A program made the position numbers and the translations under genes. A DNA stretch of 52,465 nucleotides, taken from positions 1-52,465 of the forward strand of contig DATKED010000297.1 of assembly GCA_035512375.1 (NCBI GenBank). Direction: 5' to 3'. The stretch comes from Anaerolineales bacterium. Lineage in GTDB: Bacteria; Chloroflexota; Anaerolineae; Anaerolineales; Villigracilaceae. The notes beneath the pieces were generated by a model. The model searched no databases, had not been told where the DNA came from, and worked only from the letters and a program-made list of their open reading frames with translations. Shown piece after piece: positions 29,491 through 39,590 of this stretch (position 1 is the stretch's first letter; the number at the start of each line of letters is the position of its first letter).

Positions 29491-30771
29491 TTATCTCCCG
29501 ACCGCGCGGAGCCAGAAAGGCGAACGCCCCAACCGCCGCTTGACAAAGAGGTCGAACGGTTCCGTCACGTCCCAATCCAGCACATGCATGCCTGCGCGCC
29601 CCATTTTTTGCAGAAGCAGGGTGCGTTCCATATGGATCACCCGCCCTGCCAGTTGAATCGTTTCGTTCGCTGGCAAATACGACAGCTCAAACTTGACCGG
29701 GTTCGGGCTGATCACCATCACTTCATAGCCCTGCGCGCGCAGCTGGATCAACGGCATCAGATCATCTTCAGACAAAGGCGAGACCAGAACGATCTGCGAC
29801 TCGGGAGGAAACAAACGGGAAGGGAGATGCACAAAGTCTGAAAATACCTGACTCTCGCCGGTCTTCGCAGTGGCAAGCGCGTGCAAAATCCTTTCACGCT
29901 GGATCTTTCCGTACCCTGGAAACGTCCAGCCGAGATAGGAAGCATACAGCAAGAGCCCTACACGGTTTCCCTGATTCAACAACGCGTCCGCAAGCGATGC
30001 CGCAGCTTGGACCGAGTACTCGAACAACGAGTGACCGCGTGCGAATTCATTTGTCCGCAGGCGGCCATCGAGCACGATGCCAACATCTGCCACGCGCTCC
30101 TGCTGGAATTCATTGGCATAGAACTTGTCTGCATGTCGGGCGCTGGTACGCCAGTTGATGGCGCTTGGAGGATCACCCGGTTGATACTCGCGCACCCCGA
30201 AGAAATCGGTACCAGCCCCGCCTGCCCGAGCAGGGATCGTCCCGGCATAGACACGCGTCCGGCGCGGGCGGATCGCCACCTGGCGGATGCGTGTCACCGG
30301 CGGGAGGACGAACAACCGTCCCTTCGCCTCCACGCGGACCTTTGAACTGATGACCGCCAAATGATCGTTGACACTTGCCTCCAGCGCCGCGAATACATAA
30401 CCGCCGCGCGGACCTGCGACTGTATACGCAAAAGTGTAGGACTCCCCCTTCTGAAGCCTCAGCAGGTGCCGGCTGAATCCCGAATGGACGGTCAATCCGG
30501 CGGGCAAAACATCCTCAAGCAGAACCTCCTCCAGGCTTGAACCGAGATTCTTAACGGTTACTGTCACACCCACATCCGAATTGGGTGATACGCGTTCTGC
30601 GCTCAAATGGCGAGTGGCTTCAAGTTTTAATTGCTCGGATGCTTGCAAATATCCCACCAGCAAGTACGCAACAAAGGGCAACGCCAGCGCGATGAACTCT
30701 CCGTTCACAGTGCCAATGCCTGCCAGGAGTAATCCATACGTGAGAATGCCAAGGAGGAGGGAACGGGACAT
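29491..30771 (-). CDS. DUF58 (vWA-like) MoxR partner
   Basis: DFFGVREYQPGDP..INWRTSAR, N-terminal TM. Confidence 0.93.
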   Translation of the reverse strand: MSRSLLLGILTYGLLLAGIGTVNGEFIALALPFVAYLLVGYLQASEQLKLEATRHLSAERVSPNSDVGVTVTVKNLGSSLEEVLLEDVLPAGLTVHSGFSRHLLRLQKGESYTFAYTVAGPRGGYVFAALEASVNDHLAVISSKVRVEAKGRLFVLPPVTRIRQVAIRPRRTRVYAGTIPARAGGAGTDFFGVREYQPGDPPSAINWRTSARHADKFYANEFQQERVADVGIVLDGRLRTNEFARGHSLFEYSVQAAASLADALLNQGNRVGLLLYASYLGWTFPGYGKIQRERILHALATAKTGESQVFSDFVHLPSRLFPPESQIVLVSPLSEDDLMPLIQLRAQGYEVMVISPNPVKFELSYLPANETIQLAGRVIHMERTLLLQKMGRAGMHVLDWDVTEPFDLFVKRRLGRSPFWLRAVGR

Positions 30772-30780
30772 AGGGTTTTT

Positions 30781-30874
30781 CGCGCAGAGGGTAGTCCGAA
30801 GTCAAAGCGCTATCTATAAACTGAGCATCCGCGCTTCGTCTGTGTTCGCTTGTAAGATCACTGCGCTCAGTACG
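30781..30874. repeat. Degenerate CGCTGAGCG..GAAGCG palindromic element
   Basis: AAAGCGC/GCGCTTC inner IR and CTGCGCTCAG end resembling 34597-34697. Confidence 0.4.
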
Positions 30875-30878
30875 AACG

Positions 30879-31832
30879 CTATTTCACCACGGGCACCGGC
30901 GTCTTTTCAAGCGTATCACGGATCACGTCATCCGTGACCTGGCGCGACATCCAATATTCGGGCTGAAGGATGACGCGGTGACCAAGCACAGAGAGCGCGT
31001 AACGCTTGATGTCATCGGGCGTGATGAAATCACGCTTTTCAATCGCAGCATTGGCGCGCGCGATCTTGAGAAATGCCAGCGACCCGCGCGGGCTCGCGCC
31101 CACCGAAACCCGGCGGTCCACACGCGTGGCATGAACGAGCGCCGCGATATAACTTTCCAGGTCTGCGGTCACATGGACATTTTCAACTGCTTCGCGCATC
31201 TCGAGCACCTGATTCGCCTGTGTAATTTCGCGCAGGACGACTTCATCCTGTTTGCGTTCGCGGCGCCGGCGCAATATTAGTTTCTCCTCCTCCATACTCG
31301 GATATCCAACAGCCAGTTTCAGCATGAACCGGTCAAGCTGCGCTTCAGGCAGGGGGAAAGTGCCTTCATACTCAATCGGGTTTTGGGTGGCGAGCACCAG
31401 GAACGGCACAGGCAACGGCAGAGTTTCGCCTTCGATGGTCACCTGTCCCTCCTGCATGGCTTCCAACAAGGCAGACTGAGTCTTTGGTGAGGCGCGGTTG
31501 ATCTCATCCGCCAGGACAATGTTCGCAAAGATCGGACCCTTACGAAGTTCAAACTCATTTTTCGTACGGTTGAAGATATAGCCGCCGGTGATGTCACCCG
31601 GCAGAAGATCGGGCGTGAACTGGATGCGCTTGAACTCAAGCCCAAGCACTGTTGCAAAACTGCGCGCGACCAGCGTCTTGCCCAGACCCGGAAAATCTTC
31701 GAGCAGGATGTGTCCGCCCGCAAGCACGGACGCCATCATCATTTCCAGCAAGGCGCGTTTGCCAACGACGGCGCGTTCCACTTCCGCGACCACCTGTCTA
31801 CTTAGCGATGAAACCTGGGAAATATCTGTCAC
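30879..31832 (-). CDS. moxR: MoxR-family AAA+ ATPase
   Basis: GHILLEDFPGLGKT, RIQFTPDLLPGD, LADEINRASPKTQSALLEAM, ATQNPIE, LPEAQLDRF. Confidence 0.96.
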   Translation of the reverse strand: MTDISQVSSLSRQVVAEVERAVVGKRALLEMMMASVLAGGHILLEDFPGLGKTLVARSFATVLGLEFKRIQFTPDLLPGDITGGYIFNRTKNEFELRKGPIFANIVLADEINRASPKTQSALLEAMQEGQVTIEGETLPLPVPFLVLATQNPIEYEGTFPLPEAQLDRFMLKLAVGYPSMEEEKLILRRRRERKQDEVVLREITQANQVLEMREAVENVHVTADLESYIAALVHATRVDRRVSVGASPRGSLAFLKIARANAAIEKRDFITPDDIKRYALSVLGHRVILQPEYWMSRQVTDDVIRDTLEKTPVPVVK

Positions 31833-31884
31833 GATTTACTCCGATGCTTAAACATAGGGCGGGATTGCAAGCCGCCTGGTCGGG

Positions 31885-32493
31885 CTAGAAGCCCGATCTA
31901 CCATTTTCTACCTGTGATTCAAGAAATTCAACAGCGTCAGCAACATTGATATCAAGTGGTGTCTTTTGAGGTGTGCTGGAGAAACGTCTCACATTCGGAA
32001 AATCCGCGAATGAACCGTGCAAGCCGGTTTCGAGATAATTCTGCAGTTCCTTCGTCGGTTCCCAATCCGTTCCCAGCAGCGGCGCAAACACCGAACGCGG
32101 ACGTCCACTCTCACGGTGGAGCAAGATCTGGTAAGCAAGTTTCCCCAGCCGGTTGGCAATCACCCATCTGAAATAAATGCCATGCTCCGCTCTTCGCAGT
32201 CCTATGGCAAGACCTTCCACCTGCCCCTGCTGAGGCTTCGGCTTTTCTTCAACCCGGCCGCGGGATTGCGGTCGAGGCCCAAGGCTGAATGCGATCATCA
32301 GGAACACAATAAAAAGGACAACGAACCACCAGATCCATTGCGGATACGAACGGTACAGCAAATCGAGATTCCAGGCGATGAACGCAGCAGGAACAACGAT
32401 CGTTTCATAGATCATTTCCCGCAAGGGGAAGGCCAAGAGTCCGGCAATGATCAACGTTCCGATGAAGATCAGAATGCGTCGAGCGCGCGTCAT
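31885..32493 (-). CDS. Membrane protein of the MoxR operon
   Basis: Two TM helices; ATG overlaps upstream stop (ATGA coupling). Confidence 0.75.
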   Translation of the reverse strand: MTRARRILIFIGTLIIAGLLAFPLREMIYETIVVPAAFIAWNLDLLYRSYPQWIWWFVVLFIVFLMIAFSLGPRPQSRGRVEEKPKPQQGQVEGLAIGLRRAEHGIYFRWVIANRLGKLAYQILLHRESGRPRSVFAPLLGTDWEPTKELQNYLETGLHGSFADFPNVRRFSSTPQKTPLDINVADAVEFLESQVENGRSGF

Positions 32494-33368
32494 ACGGGTT
32501 CCCCACAGTATTGCAGGATCGTTTTCAGACAACTGACCGCCTCGTTGACATCTTTGGGTCCGGATTTTCTGTCACCATAGCGCACCCCCTCAAAAAGACG
32601 TGTGAGCCTTGTCACCGCATCGCCCGGCAGCCCGGCTTGTTCGAGGCGCAAGGCAAACTCATGAGGCGTCATGGCAAGCTCGCGCTGCAATTGGCGCTTG
32701 TTCGAAACGACGTCGCTCATGCGCAGGTAACAGTTTATGATCACATCGCTGGAATTTCTGCCTGAAGAAAGATCTTTCAGGGAAGAACGCGCGATCTTCG
32801 CGATCTCATCCAGGGGCTTGATTTTGTTCAGCGCCACATACTTCTGCCAGCCACGATAAAGTCCCCAGATCACCGCCAGCAAGATCAATGCAAACGCAAA
32901 ACTGATCAGATACGAAAACGCGGGCGAAACCTGCGGTGGTTCGAAGAGAGGCAGCGGTACAACAGACTCATCGCTCAGTGGATCCCCATCGGGTCTTTGC
33001 AGGTTGAAACCGAACAACTGGTCGCCGTAATTTTTGAACAAAAAATAGATTGCCCAAAACGTAAACGCCACTCGAATGAGCAGCAAAAACATACGCTTGC
33101 GCATTTCAGGAGACAACAATAAGCCGATGAGGATCACCATCAGCACGAGCAAAATCCATACGACCAGTTGCTGCCAAAGTGGAATTTCCACCCAAACTTC
33201 TTCCACCTCCGCGGGGACAATCGGTGCCGCATCCGCCTCTTCCCGAACGAAACGCTGGCCTTCGCGAAATGGAATCTCGTTCAAGCTGATGGCAAGCACC
33301 GTTAAAGCCCCCAATGCGAGTGCCGCGAGCAAAAGGATCAGACGTTTATTTTCAAACAGGGAACGCAT
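32490..33368 (-). CDS. DUF4129-domain membrane protein
   Basis: C-terminal Y..M, TPHEF, LTRLFEGVRYG. Confidence 0.88.
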   Translation of the reverse strand: MRSLFENKRLILLLAALALGALTVLAISLNEIPFREGQRFVREEADAAPIVPAEVEEVWVEIPLWQQLVVWILLVLMVILIGLLLSPEMRKRMFLLLIRVAFTFWAIYFLFKNYGDQLFGFNLQRPDGDPLSDESVVPLPLFEPPQVSPAFSYLISFAFALILLAVIWGLYRGWQKYVALNKIKPLDEIAKIARSSLKDLSSGRNSSDVIINCYLRMSDVVSNKRQLQRELAMTPHEFALRLEQAGLPGDAVTRLTRLFEGVRYGDRKSGPKDVNEAVSCLKTILQYCGEPV

Positions 33369-33418
33369 ACTCGGGAGTGAATTTTACCATTACGACTATA
33401 ATTACTGACACCCTCGCT

Positions 33419-33949
33419 ATGACTGAATCTTCAAACAACATCTGCAACTCCACTCTTCATCCGCAAGCCGTGGAAGGCCTGCGTCTGTTCAGCGCGGGCA
33501 AATATTTCGAAGCGCACGAAGCCCTGGAAGACGCCTGGAATGATGAAAAAGGGAAGGTGCGCGACCTGTATCGCGGCATCCTGCAGATCGCAGTCGTTTA
33601 TTTACATATCACACGCCGGAATTACAACGGCGCGGTAAAAGTCTATGTGCGCAGCCAGAAATGGATCAGGGACTGGCCCGCTACCTGCAGAGGGATTCAT
33701 GTGGAGGAATTACGCAGGGATGCCGAGGCAGTCATCAACGAATTAAAGAGGCTTGGCATGGAACGGATTTCTGAATTCGACGATTCACTGTTGAAACCCG
33801 TTAAATGGGATGAGAATAAAGTGGAGAAGAAACACGTTTACATTTGCGACCGGTGTGGTCACGAGATGTACGAAAAGGACTGCAAAGTGACCTGTCCCAA
33901 CTGTGGAAACCGCTTCGACTGTTCGGATCTGAACATTTACTTTGATTGA
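33419..33949 (+). CDS. DUF309 protein fused to a C-terminal CxxC..CPxCG zinc finger
   Basis: LFSAGKYFEAHEALEDAW, GILQIAV; tail CDRCGHEMYEKDCKVTCPNCGNRFDCSD. Confidence 0.88.
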   Translation: MTESSNNICNSTLHPQAVEGLRLFSAGKYFEAHEALEDAWNDEKGKVRDLYRGILQIAVVYLHITRRNYNGAVKVYVRSQKWIRDWPATCRGIHVEELRRDAEAVINELKRLGMERISEFDDSLLKPVKWDENKVEKKHVYICDRCGHEMYEKDCKVTCPNCGNRFDCSDLNIYFD

Positions 33950-34575
33950 ACAAGTATCGCCCGCGCTGGCGCGCCATCAGAGCCGGCGATCTTTAGCGGC
34001 AGACAATACAGATCATAAAAGCCGCGCATGACGTTGGAAAGATTCAGTCCCTCAACGACCACAACCCCGGCCTTGAGAAAAACCGTGTGCGTGGGCACTG
34101 AATCTCCGTACGGTGCGATGGAAAGATAGTCCACGCCGACGAGTTGGACGCCGCGCTCGACCAGCCAATCCGCGCCATCCTCTGTGATGGCGACAAAATC
34201 CGTTTGGAATTTGGATTCGCCCCTCGCCCAGAGATGGGAATTCCGCGTGCCAAAAAGGACACGTTTCATCTCTGAAGTGATCTCCGTCCGCTCCAGCACT
34301 TCGGCGGTGATCGCCTCGATCCCATCCGGGAGCTGCGTCACGTAACACGGACCGGTCAACACTTCGAGCGAAAGCTGATCAATTGTGCGACCGTCGTTGA
34401 GGAAATGGTTCGGCGCGTCGACGTGTGTGCCAAGATGTACGCTCGAACTGATCTGCGTCACATTGGCATGCGCGCCCTGGTCCATCGATTCAAATTTTTC
34501 GAGTTCAAGCCCCGGGTCGCCGGGCCAGGTAGGAAGATTCGGGGAAATCGTCAGGGAAATATCATAGATGGTCAT
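33937..34575 (-). CDS. Cyclase family (kynurenine formamidase-like) metallohydrolase
   Basis: WPGDP, HLGTHVDAPNH, VGVDYLS, VEGL, GSDGAPARA. Confidence 0.93.
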   Translation of the reverse strand: MTIYDISLTISPNLPTWPGDPGLELEKFESMDQGAHANVTQISSSVHLGTHVDAPNHFLNDGRTIDQLSLEVLTGPCYVTQLPDGIEAITAEVLERTEITSEMKRVLFGTRNSHLWARGESKFQTDFVAITEDGADWLVERGVQLVGVDYLSIAPYGDSVPTHTVFLKAGVVVVEGLNLSNVMRGFYDLYCLPLKIAGSDGAPARAILVQSK

Positions 34576-34596
34576 GGCAAACTCCTTTTTATATTT

Positions 34597-34697
34597 CGCG
34601 CTGAGCGGAGGGTTGAGACGCGAAGCGTCGAAATCCCGTAGTCGAAGCGTTTGGTTTGAAGAGTGCGTTTCGGCTGCGCTACACTCCGCTCAACGCG
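34597..34697. repeat. CGCTGAGCG..GTCGAAGCG palindromic element
   Basis: Terminal IR CGCGCTGAGCGGAG/CTCCGCTCAACGCG (13/14) with internal GTCGAAGCG/CGTTTCGGC. Confidence 0.75.
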
Positions 34698-34702
34698 AGA
34701 GG

Positions 34703-36538
34703 TTAGGGCGTTGGTGTATTGGACGGGAGCAGGTGCGGGGTCCCGGCAAAAGTTGGGATGGACATCGGGGTCAACGTCGGTGTGATCGTGGGAGTCGGTG
34801 TCGCGCTCAATGGAATCCATCCGCTGTAATAAAAATATTCCTGCAAAAAGCCGGCACGTTCCGGTTCTGTCATCAAGCGCGGACGTGCATAGTCCTCCAG
34901 CATGGCGGTGATCAATTCAACGCTGATGAGTTTCCCGTCGTAGATCACATAGCGGTCGAGGAACTCGCGGCGGATGCCGCGCGGCATCCACTCCTGGTCG
35001 CCCATCTGGTCGAAGAACAGATTGCCTAATCCATAGTGGATGAATGCATCGTTATGGAATTCCATCGTCTGGGCGTAATGCGCCTGACTGCCGCTGACAA
35101 TGGACGCGCCCGACTCAGCCATCAAACGGAAATCGCGCATCTGCTGCGGGCTGGGACGTGAGTCGTAACTTTCGTTCCACTGGAATGTGGAGATGACCAC
35201 GTATCCCTCGGCTTTCAGTTCATTTATCTGCCGCGGGAGATACTCGAAATCACACGGCGCCGCGCCGGGCTGAAAATCGGTTGCCGTGGGGAAGCGACCG
35301 ACATCGGGCTTGTTACAGCCGATGAACGCGATCTTGTTGTCATTGACTTCGAACAATGCAGGCTCGAGCGAATCCTGTAAATCCACGCCGCCGCCAAAAT
35401 AGGGGATCTTATTGTTGTTATAAATCTCAATTGTTTCCCGCATTCCCGCCGCACCGCGATCGGCAAAGTGGTTGCCGGTCAGTTCGATCACATCGGTGCC
35501 GATGTCGGTGAGCAGCTCCATATACTTTGGGTCACTGCAAAAGACAAGTGCACCCTGATCCGGTTTGGGAAAGGTGCAGCCTGTGAAGAATGGAATCTCG
35601 TTACTGATGTGAGCAATGTCGGCTTCACGCATCAGGTCACGGATTCTTTCGCCGGGATAGGTTGTGCCCTTCAACTCCATCGTGTACGCGGTGGCACGGA
35701 CAAGCGCCGTGACGCCGGTCACGATGACAGTTGTCAGTTTGGATGGATCGTGGTTTGAGGAAGAGAGGCTAAGAGACTGGAGACTTGTTGAGGACTGCAT
35801 CGTAAATGGGATTACAAGCGGATAGGATGAGAGATCAAAGTTTTTACGGATCGGTGACTGCCCATCAACGCTCAGCACTTTCCATTTTGGCTCGAGAGAT
35901 TCAAACGGGATGATTGCCCAGGACGGCGTTTCCAACCACGCTATATCCAGCAATTCATCGGCAGGCATAACTCGCACTGCGCCGGCTGCCGGTTCATCCC
36001 AAAGTTCGGTGAACGCGGCAAGGGTCGACTCTTCCATCAATAATGGGCTGCCGTTGAACGCCGCGGGGACCGTTCCTTCCGTCCATGCAAGATATAGTTC
36101 ATCTAATGTCACGCTATCTGTTACGGTTGGGAACGGCGCGACGAGCGTATACACCCATTGGATTTGCATCTCATTCGATTGCGGCTCCTGCCCCGGAAAT
36201 CGGGAAACACCCAGGCGCACATCCAAACCATCCACCTGTTCCCGCAGAGCAGGTGGAACAGAATCGCCGATAAACACATCAAACGACGGAGGTGTGGATG
36301 TGGTATTTTGGATAGAGGGATTGACGAGAATCGATTCTTGAAAGACTTCTGGAAGATGGCCTGCAGCAGCTTGTTTGCCACAAGCAGAAAGAAGTAAAAC
36401 AATTAAAGTTAGAATAATAAAAAACCGGTATAGAGATTGCCTGCCAGAGGCACGCTTCGCAGTCGTCGCTGCCGCTTCGGCTTCGCTCACTATGTTCACT
36501 CCGCTCAGCGCGATAAAACTTAATTGTTTTTTAGGCAT
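34703..36538 (-). CDS. CapA (PGA_cap) family metallophosphatase-fold lipoprotein
   Basis: Lipobox LLSAC, SNE, TGNH..D, GSQAH, YGLGNLFFDQ. Confidence 0.88.
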   Translation of the reverse strand: MPKKQLSFIALSGVNIVSEAEAAATTAKRASGRQSLYRFFIILTLIVLLLSACGKQAAAGHLPEVFQESILVNPSIQNTTSTPPSFDVFIGDSVPPALREQVDGLDVRLGVSRFPGQEPQSNEMQIQWVYTLVAPFPTVTDSVTLDELYLAWTEGTVPAAFNGSPLLMEESTLAAFTELWDEPAAGAVRVMPADELLDIAWLETPSWAIIPFESLEPKWKVLSVDGQSPIRKNFDLSSYPLVIPFTMQSSTSLQSLSLSSSNHDPSKLTTVIVTGVTALVRATAYTMELKGTTYPGERIRDLMREADIAHISNEIPFFTGCTFPKPDQGALVFCSDPKYMELLTDIGTDVIELTGNHFADRGAAGMRETIEIYNNNKIPYFGGGVDLQDSLEPALFEVNDNKIAFIGCNKPDVGRFPTATDFQPGAAPCDFEYLPRQINELKAEGYVVISTFQWNESYDSRPSPQQMRDFRLMAESGASIVSGSQAHYAQTMEFHNDAFIHYGLGNLFFDQMGDQEWMPRGIRREFLDRYVIYDGKLISVELITAMLEDYARPRLMTEPERAGFLQEYFYYSGWIPLSATPTPTITPTLTPMSIPTFAGTPHLLPSNTPTP

Positions 36539-36553
36539 AGCGCCCTGATTATA

Positions 36554-37666
36554 CTATTCAGCTTTGAAGGTGATCTCGGAGAGGGTAAATTGCTTTAGTG
36601 CATCTTTATCAATCGTGATACCAAGACCAGGACCATTTGGCACATCAATTGTGCTATCGTCATTCAACACAAAGCGCTCGTTTGTGATATCGCGCTGATA
36701 ATAACGATCGGACGCTGAAATATCGCCCGGCAGAACAAAACCAGGTAACGAAGCAATCGCCAAATTGGAGGCGCGTCCCACGCCTGTTTCCAGCATCCCC
36801 CCACACCAGACCGGGACATTTTGCTTGTGGCAGTAATCGTGAATCATCATTCCCTGGCTCAACCCAGCCACGCGTGCAGGTTTGATGTTGATGATCCTGC
36901 AGGCTTCCATCTCCAGTGCATAACGCGCATGACGCGGCGAAAGAATACTCTCATCCAAACAGATCGGTGTTTTGAACTCAGCCTGCAGCTTGCGATGATC
37001 CCAAATATCGTCTTCGTACAAAGGCTGTTCGATCAACAATAAATCCAGGTCATCGAGCGGCTTGAGCGCGTCACCAGTCTCTAGCGTATATGCCGAGTTC
37101 GCATCCACTTGCAGGCGGAGGTCAGGATACGAGCGTCGCACGGCGGAGGTCTCGTCCACTTCGCGCCCAGGTTTGATCTTGATCTTGACGCGGCGATACC
37201 CTTGTTCCAGATAAAACTCGACGGTTTGCAACAGAGCTGAGGCGGAGTCCTGGATCCCGATCGAAACGCCCACCTCAACCTTATCACGCGTGCCTCCGAG
37301 CATTTCCTTCAACGATCTGCCGTCGCGTTGCCCGAGCAGATCCCACAGCGCCATTTCGACGCCAGCCTTCGCGAGATGATGACCGCGAATCCCTTCGACG
37401 CGCGTCTGGAAATCATCTGCGTCCAGGACATCTTCTCCCAGAATCAGAGGAGCAATGAAATCCTTGAGGATGTGCCAGGCTGTCCCTGCGGTTTCGTAGT
37501 TGTAGCCCGGGTCGCGAGTCGCGACGCATTCGCCGTAACCCGTCAGCCCATCAGCTTGCAAGATGATGAGCACACACTGACGATCCGTCTCGCGCCCGAA
37601 AGAGGTCTCGAATGGCGCGACCAGCGGCATGGAAATATGGTGGAGTGTGATGGATTCGATTTTCAT
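36554..37666 (-). CDS. menC: o-succinylbenzoate synthase / N-acylamino acid racemase (enolase superfamily)
   Basis: PFETSFG, KIKIKPG, DANSAY, IEQP, CLDES, NIKPARV, WCGGMLETGVGRA. Confidence 0.88.
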   Translation of the reverse strand: MKIESITLHHISMPLVAPFETSFGRETDRQCVLIILQADGLTGYGECVATRDPGYNYETAGTAWHILKDFIAPLILGEDVLDADDFQTRVEGIRGHHLAKAGVEMALWDLLGQRDGRSLKEMLGGTRDKVEVGVSIGIQDSASALLQTVEFYLEQGYRRVKIKIKPGREVDETSAVRRSYPDLRLQVDANSAYTLETGDALKPLDDLDLLLIEQPLYEDDIWDHRKLQAEFKTPICLDESILSPRHARYALEMEACRIINIKPARVAGLSQGMMIHDYCHKQNVPVWCGGMLETGVGRASNLAIASLPGFVLPGDISASDRYYQRDITNERFVLNDDSTIDVPNGPGLGITIDKDALKQFTLSEITFKAE

Positions 37667-37716
37667 ATTTTCCCAATAGATTTAATTAGTGACGACTTGC
37701 CTTGTCACTTCGAGAT

Positions 37717-38238
37717 TTATTCGATCTTCACTTCCCCAGGCTCATCATTCAATTTCAAACCCCGCAGGGCATCGTCCATGCTTGTGGCGTCACGTCGCAT
37801 CCCCGCCGCTGGCGTCCCACAGTAAGGACAGATATTCCACGGAAGTTCCATAAGCCTGTTGCAGTTCTCGCAATTCTTCTTGAGTTTGGTATGGCAGTTT
37901 GGGCAGACCTGCCAGTCATCCTTGACGCGGCGCTCACATCCGGGGCACAGAGGCAGGTCTTCAAGCGCCTGCAACAAGGCTTCTTCTTCGAGAGTCCGTT
38001 GATACTCCTCTTCGAGGGTCCGCTGTGGACGAAGGATGAGATAAACCAAAACTCCCGGCAGATTGAGCACAGCCACAAGCAGTGTCGCGAGCGTTTGCAC
38101 CAATGGGTCGCGGGCGCGGGTACAGATATCGCGGTACGTCCAAATCACAAGCGAGATCCATAACGCGGCAAGGAACGCCCCGCCGAAGCCGGTCAATACA
38201 AGGATGAGATTGCTAACAAACGTGGGATCAAGTGTCAT
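37717..38238 (-). CDS. Membrane protein with double zinc ribbon
   Basis: Two TM helices (WTYRD..., YLILRP) and four CxxC pairs. Confidence 0.88.
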   Translation of the reverse strand: MTLDPTFVSNLILVLTGFGGAFLAALWISLVIWTYRDICTRARDPLVQTLATLLVAVLNLPGVLVYLILRPQRTLEEEYQRTLEEEALLQALEDLPLCPGCERRVKDDWQVCPNCHTKLKKNCENCNRLMELPWNICPYCGTPAAGMRRDATSMDDALRGLKLNDEPGEVKIE

Positions 38239-38269
38239 GGATGCCTCATGGAAACTATTTTATCCCATC

Positions 38270-39535
38270 TCATGGTGTGGCGTGATGGAAATGCCATTCC
38301 CCCGCATCCTGGTCCACATAAGAGGCATTGCCCAGCACTTCATAGAATGTGATCCCCGGACGAAGATAGATCGGTGCGCCGCCGAGAGTCGTCAATAGCA
38401 GCGGCTGATCTTTATTGGTGCGGATCCAACGAGCCGGGATCCCCGCCCCATCGCGGAAGACATAGGCTTCCCCCGAGTCAGTCAGGTCGATTTGAAAGAC
38501 TTCATCCTCTTCATCGAACGTATTTGAAAATGTATGGTGCGCCAGGAGGAACACAACGTTGGCGGCGTGGACGATCTCGCCGGTGACCGAGTCGATCAGC
38601 ACATTATAGGATTCCGGTTTTCCGTTGCGAATGTCGCTTATCTCCTGGTAACGTACATATTGTTTTGTCTCAGGTTCGTAAAGCCAATAGTGATAAGAAT
38701 CTGCTGAATAGTAGGTAAACATCTTTATGCCGCGCAATTCGGAAGACAGCACGCTCTCGCTAAAAAAACCATTACGTATGGCTTGACGCTGGTTCTCCAA
38801 CCCGCTCCTGACGATGCAATCCTGCCACAGGAGGGTATTGAAATACGAGTTGTTATATACCTCAATTTCCCGATCAGCCTTTAAGCTGAACGGAGGGCAT
38901 GAACCAATACTGGGGACAACCAGGAACGGAGCAACGTCGCTGGTTGTTTCCAAATGCGTTTCGACGCGCGGATCAGCAAACTTAAATACAAGATAGGCAT
39001 GATACATGCGCTGGATATGTTCATCGAAGTAACGCCCTGAGCGGACCGGTCCCACCCACTCGGAGTTGTTTCCATAAAACACCGCGATGAAACGCGTCAA
39101 CCCGGCTTCGATGTAATATTCATAGACGTTGTCCGCCAGTGTCAGTCCTGATTGCGGTCGGACGTAACGCGGATAGTTAGCCACTTTGATCGCCAGTGGA
39201 CGTCGCTCCATCAACGCGGGGTCCGACGGGGGTAAGCCTGTCAGGGGATTCAAATTCGTCGGCAATGTAAAAGCTGGAACATCGATGCCCTCGGGCATCA
39301 GTTCCGGCCGGATTACCCGCTCGGTAGGGGTGGGTGGCGGTGGAGTGACTGAGGGCAAATAGACTGGCGTCGGGGCGGAGCCAGGATATAGGGAGTCTGA
39401 GGCATTTTCAGTCAGAGGTTGAAAGGGAGTTGGGGAGGGAATCCCATTGACAGGAACTTTGTTCGATTGGGTGTCACAGGATGAGACGAATATGATCAAT
39501 AAAATGAACAGCACGTTGAAACGGCAAAGACGCAT
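38270..39535 (-). CDS. DUF3048 (YerB-like) lipoprotein
   Basis: Lipobox VSSC, NPLTG, RPLAIKVAN, RPQSGL, VYEYYIEAGLTRF, GPVRSGR. Confidence 0.92.
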   Translation of the reverse strand: MRLCRFNVLFILLIIFVSSCDTQSNKVPVNGIPSPTPFQPLTENASDSLYPGSAPTPVYLPSVTPPPPTPTERVIRPELMPEGIDVPAFTLPTNLNPLTGLPPSDPALMERRPLAIKVANYPRYVRPQSGLTLADNVYEYYIEAGLTRFIAVFYGNNSEWVGPVRSGRYFDEHIQRMYHAYLVFKFADPRVETHLETTSDVAPFLVVPSIGSCPPFSLKADREIEVYNNSYFNTLLWQDCIVRSGLENQRQAIRNGFFSESVLSSELRGIKMFTYYSADSYHYWLYEPETKQYVRYQEISDIRNGKPESYNVLIDSVTGEIVHAANVVFLLAHHTFSNTFDEEDEVFQIDLTDSGEAYVFRDGAGIPARWIRTNKDQPLLLTTLGGAPIYLRPGITFYEVLGNASYVDQDAGEWHFHHATP

Positions 39536-39590
39536 AGCTTGATTCTACAACAAACAGGGTGTCCTGCAAACCTGATAAAATTACTATTGC

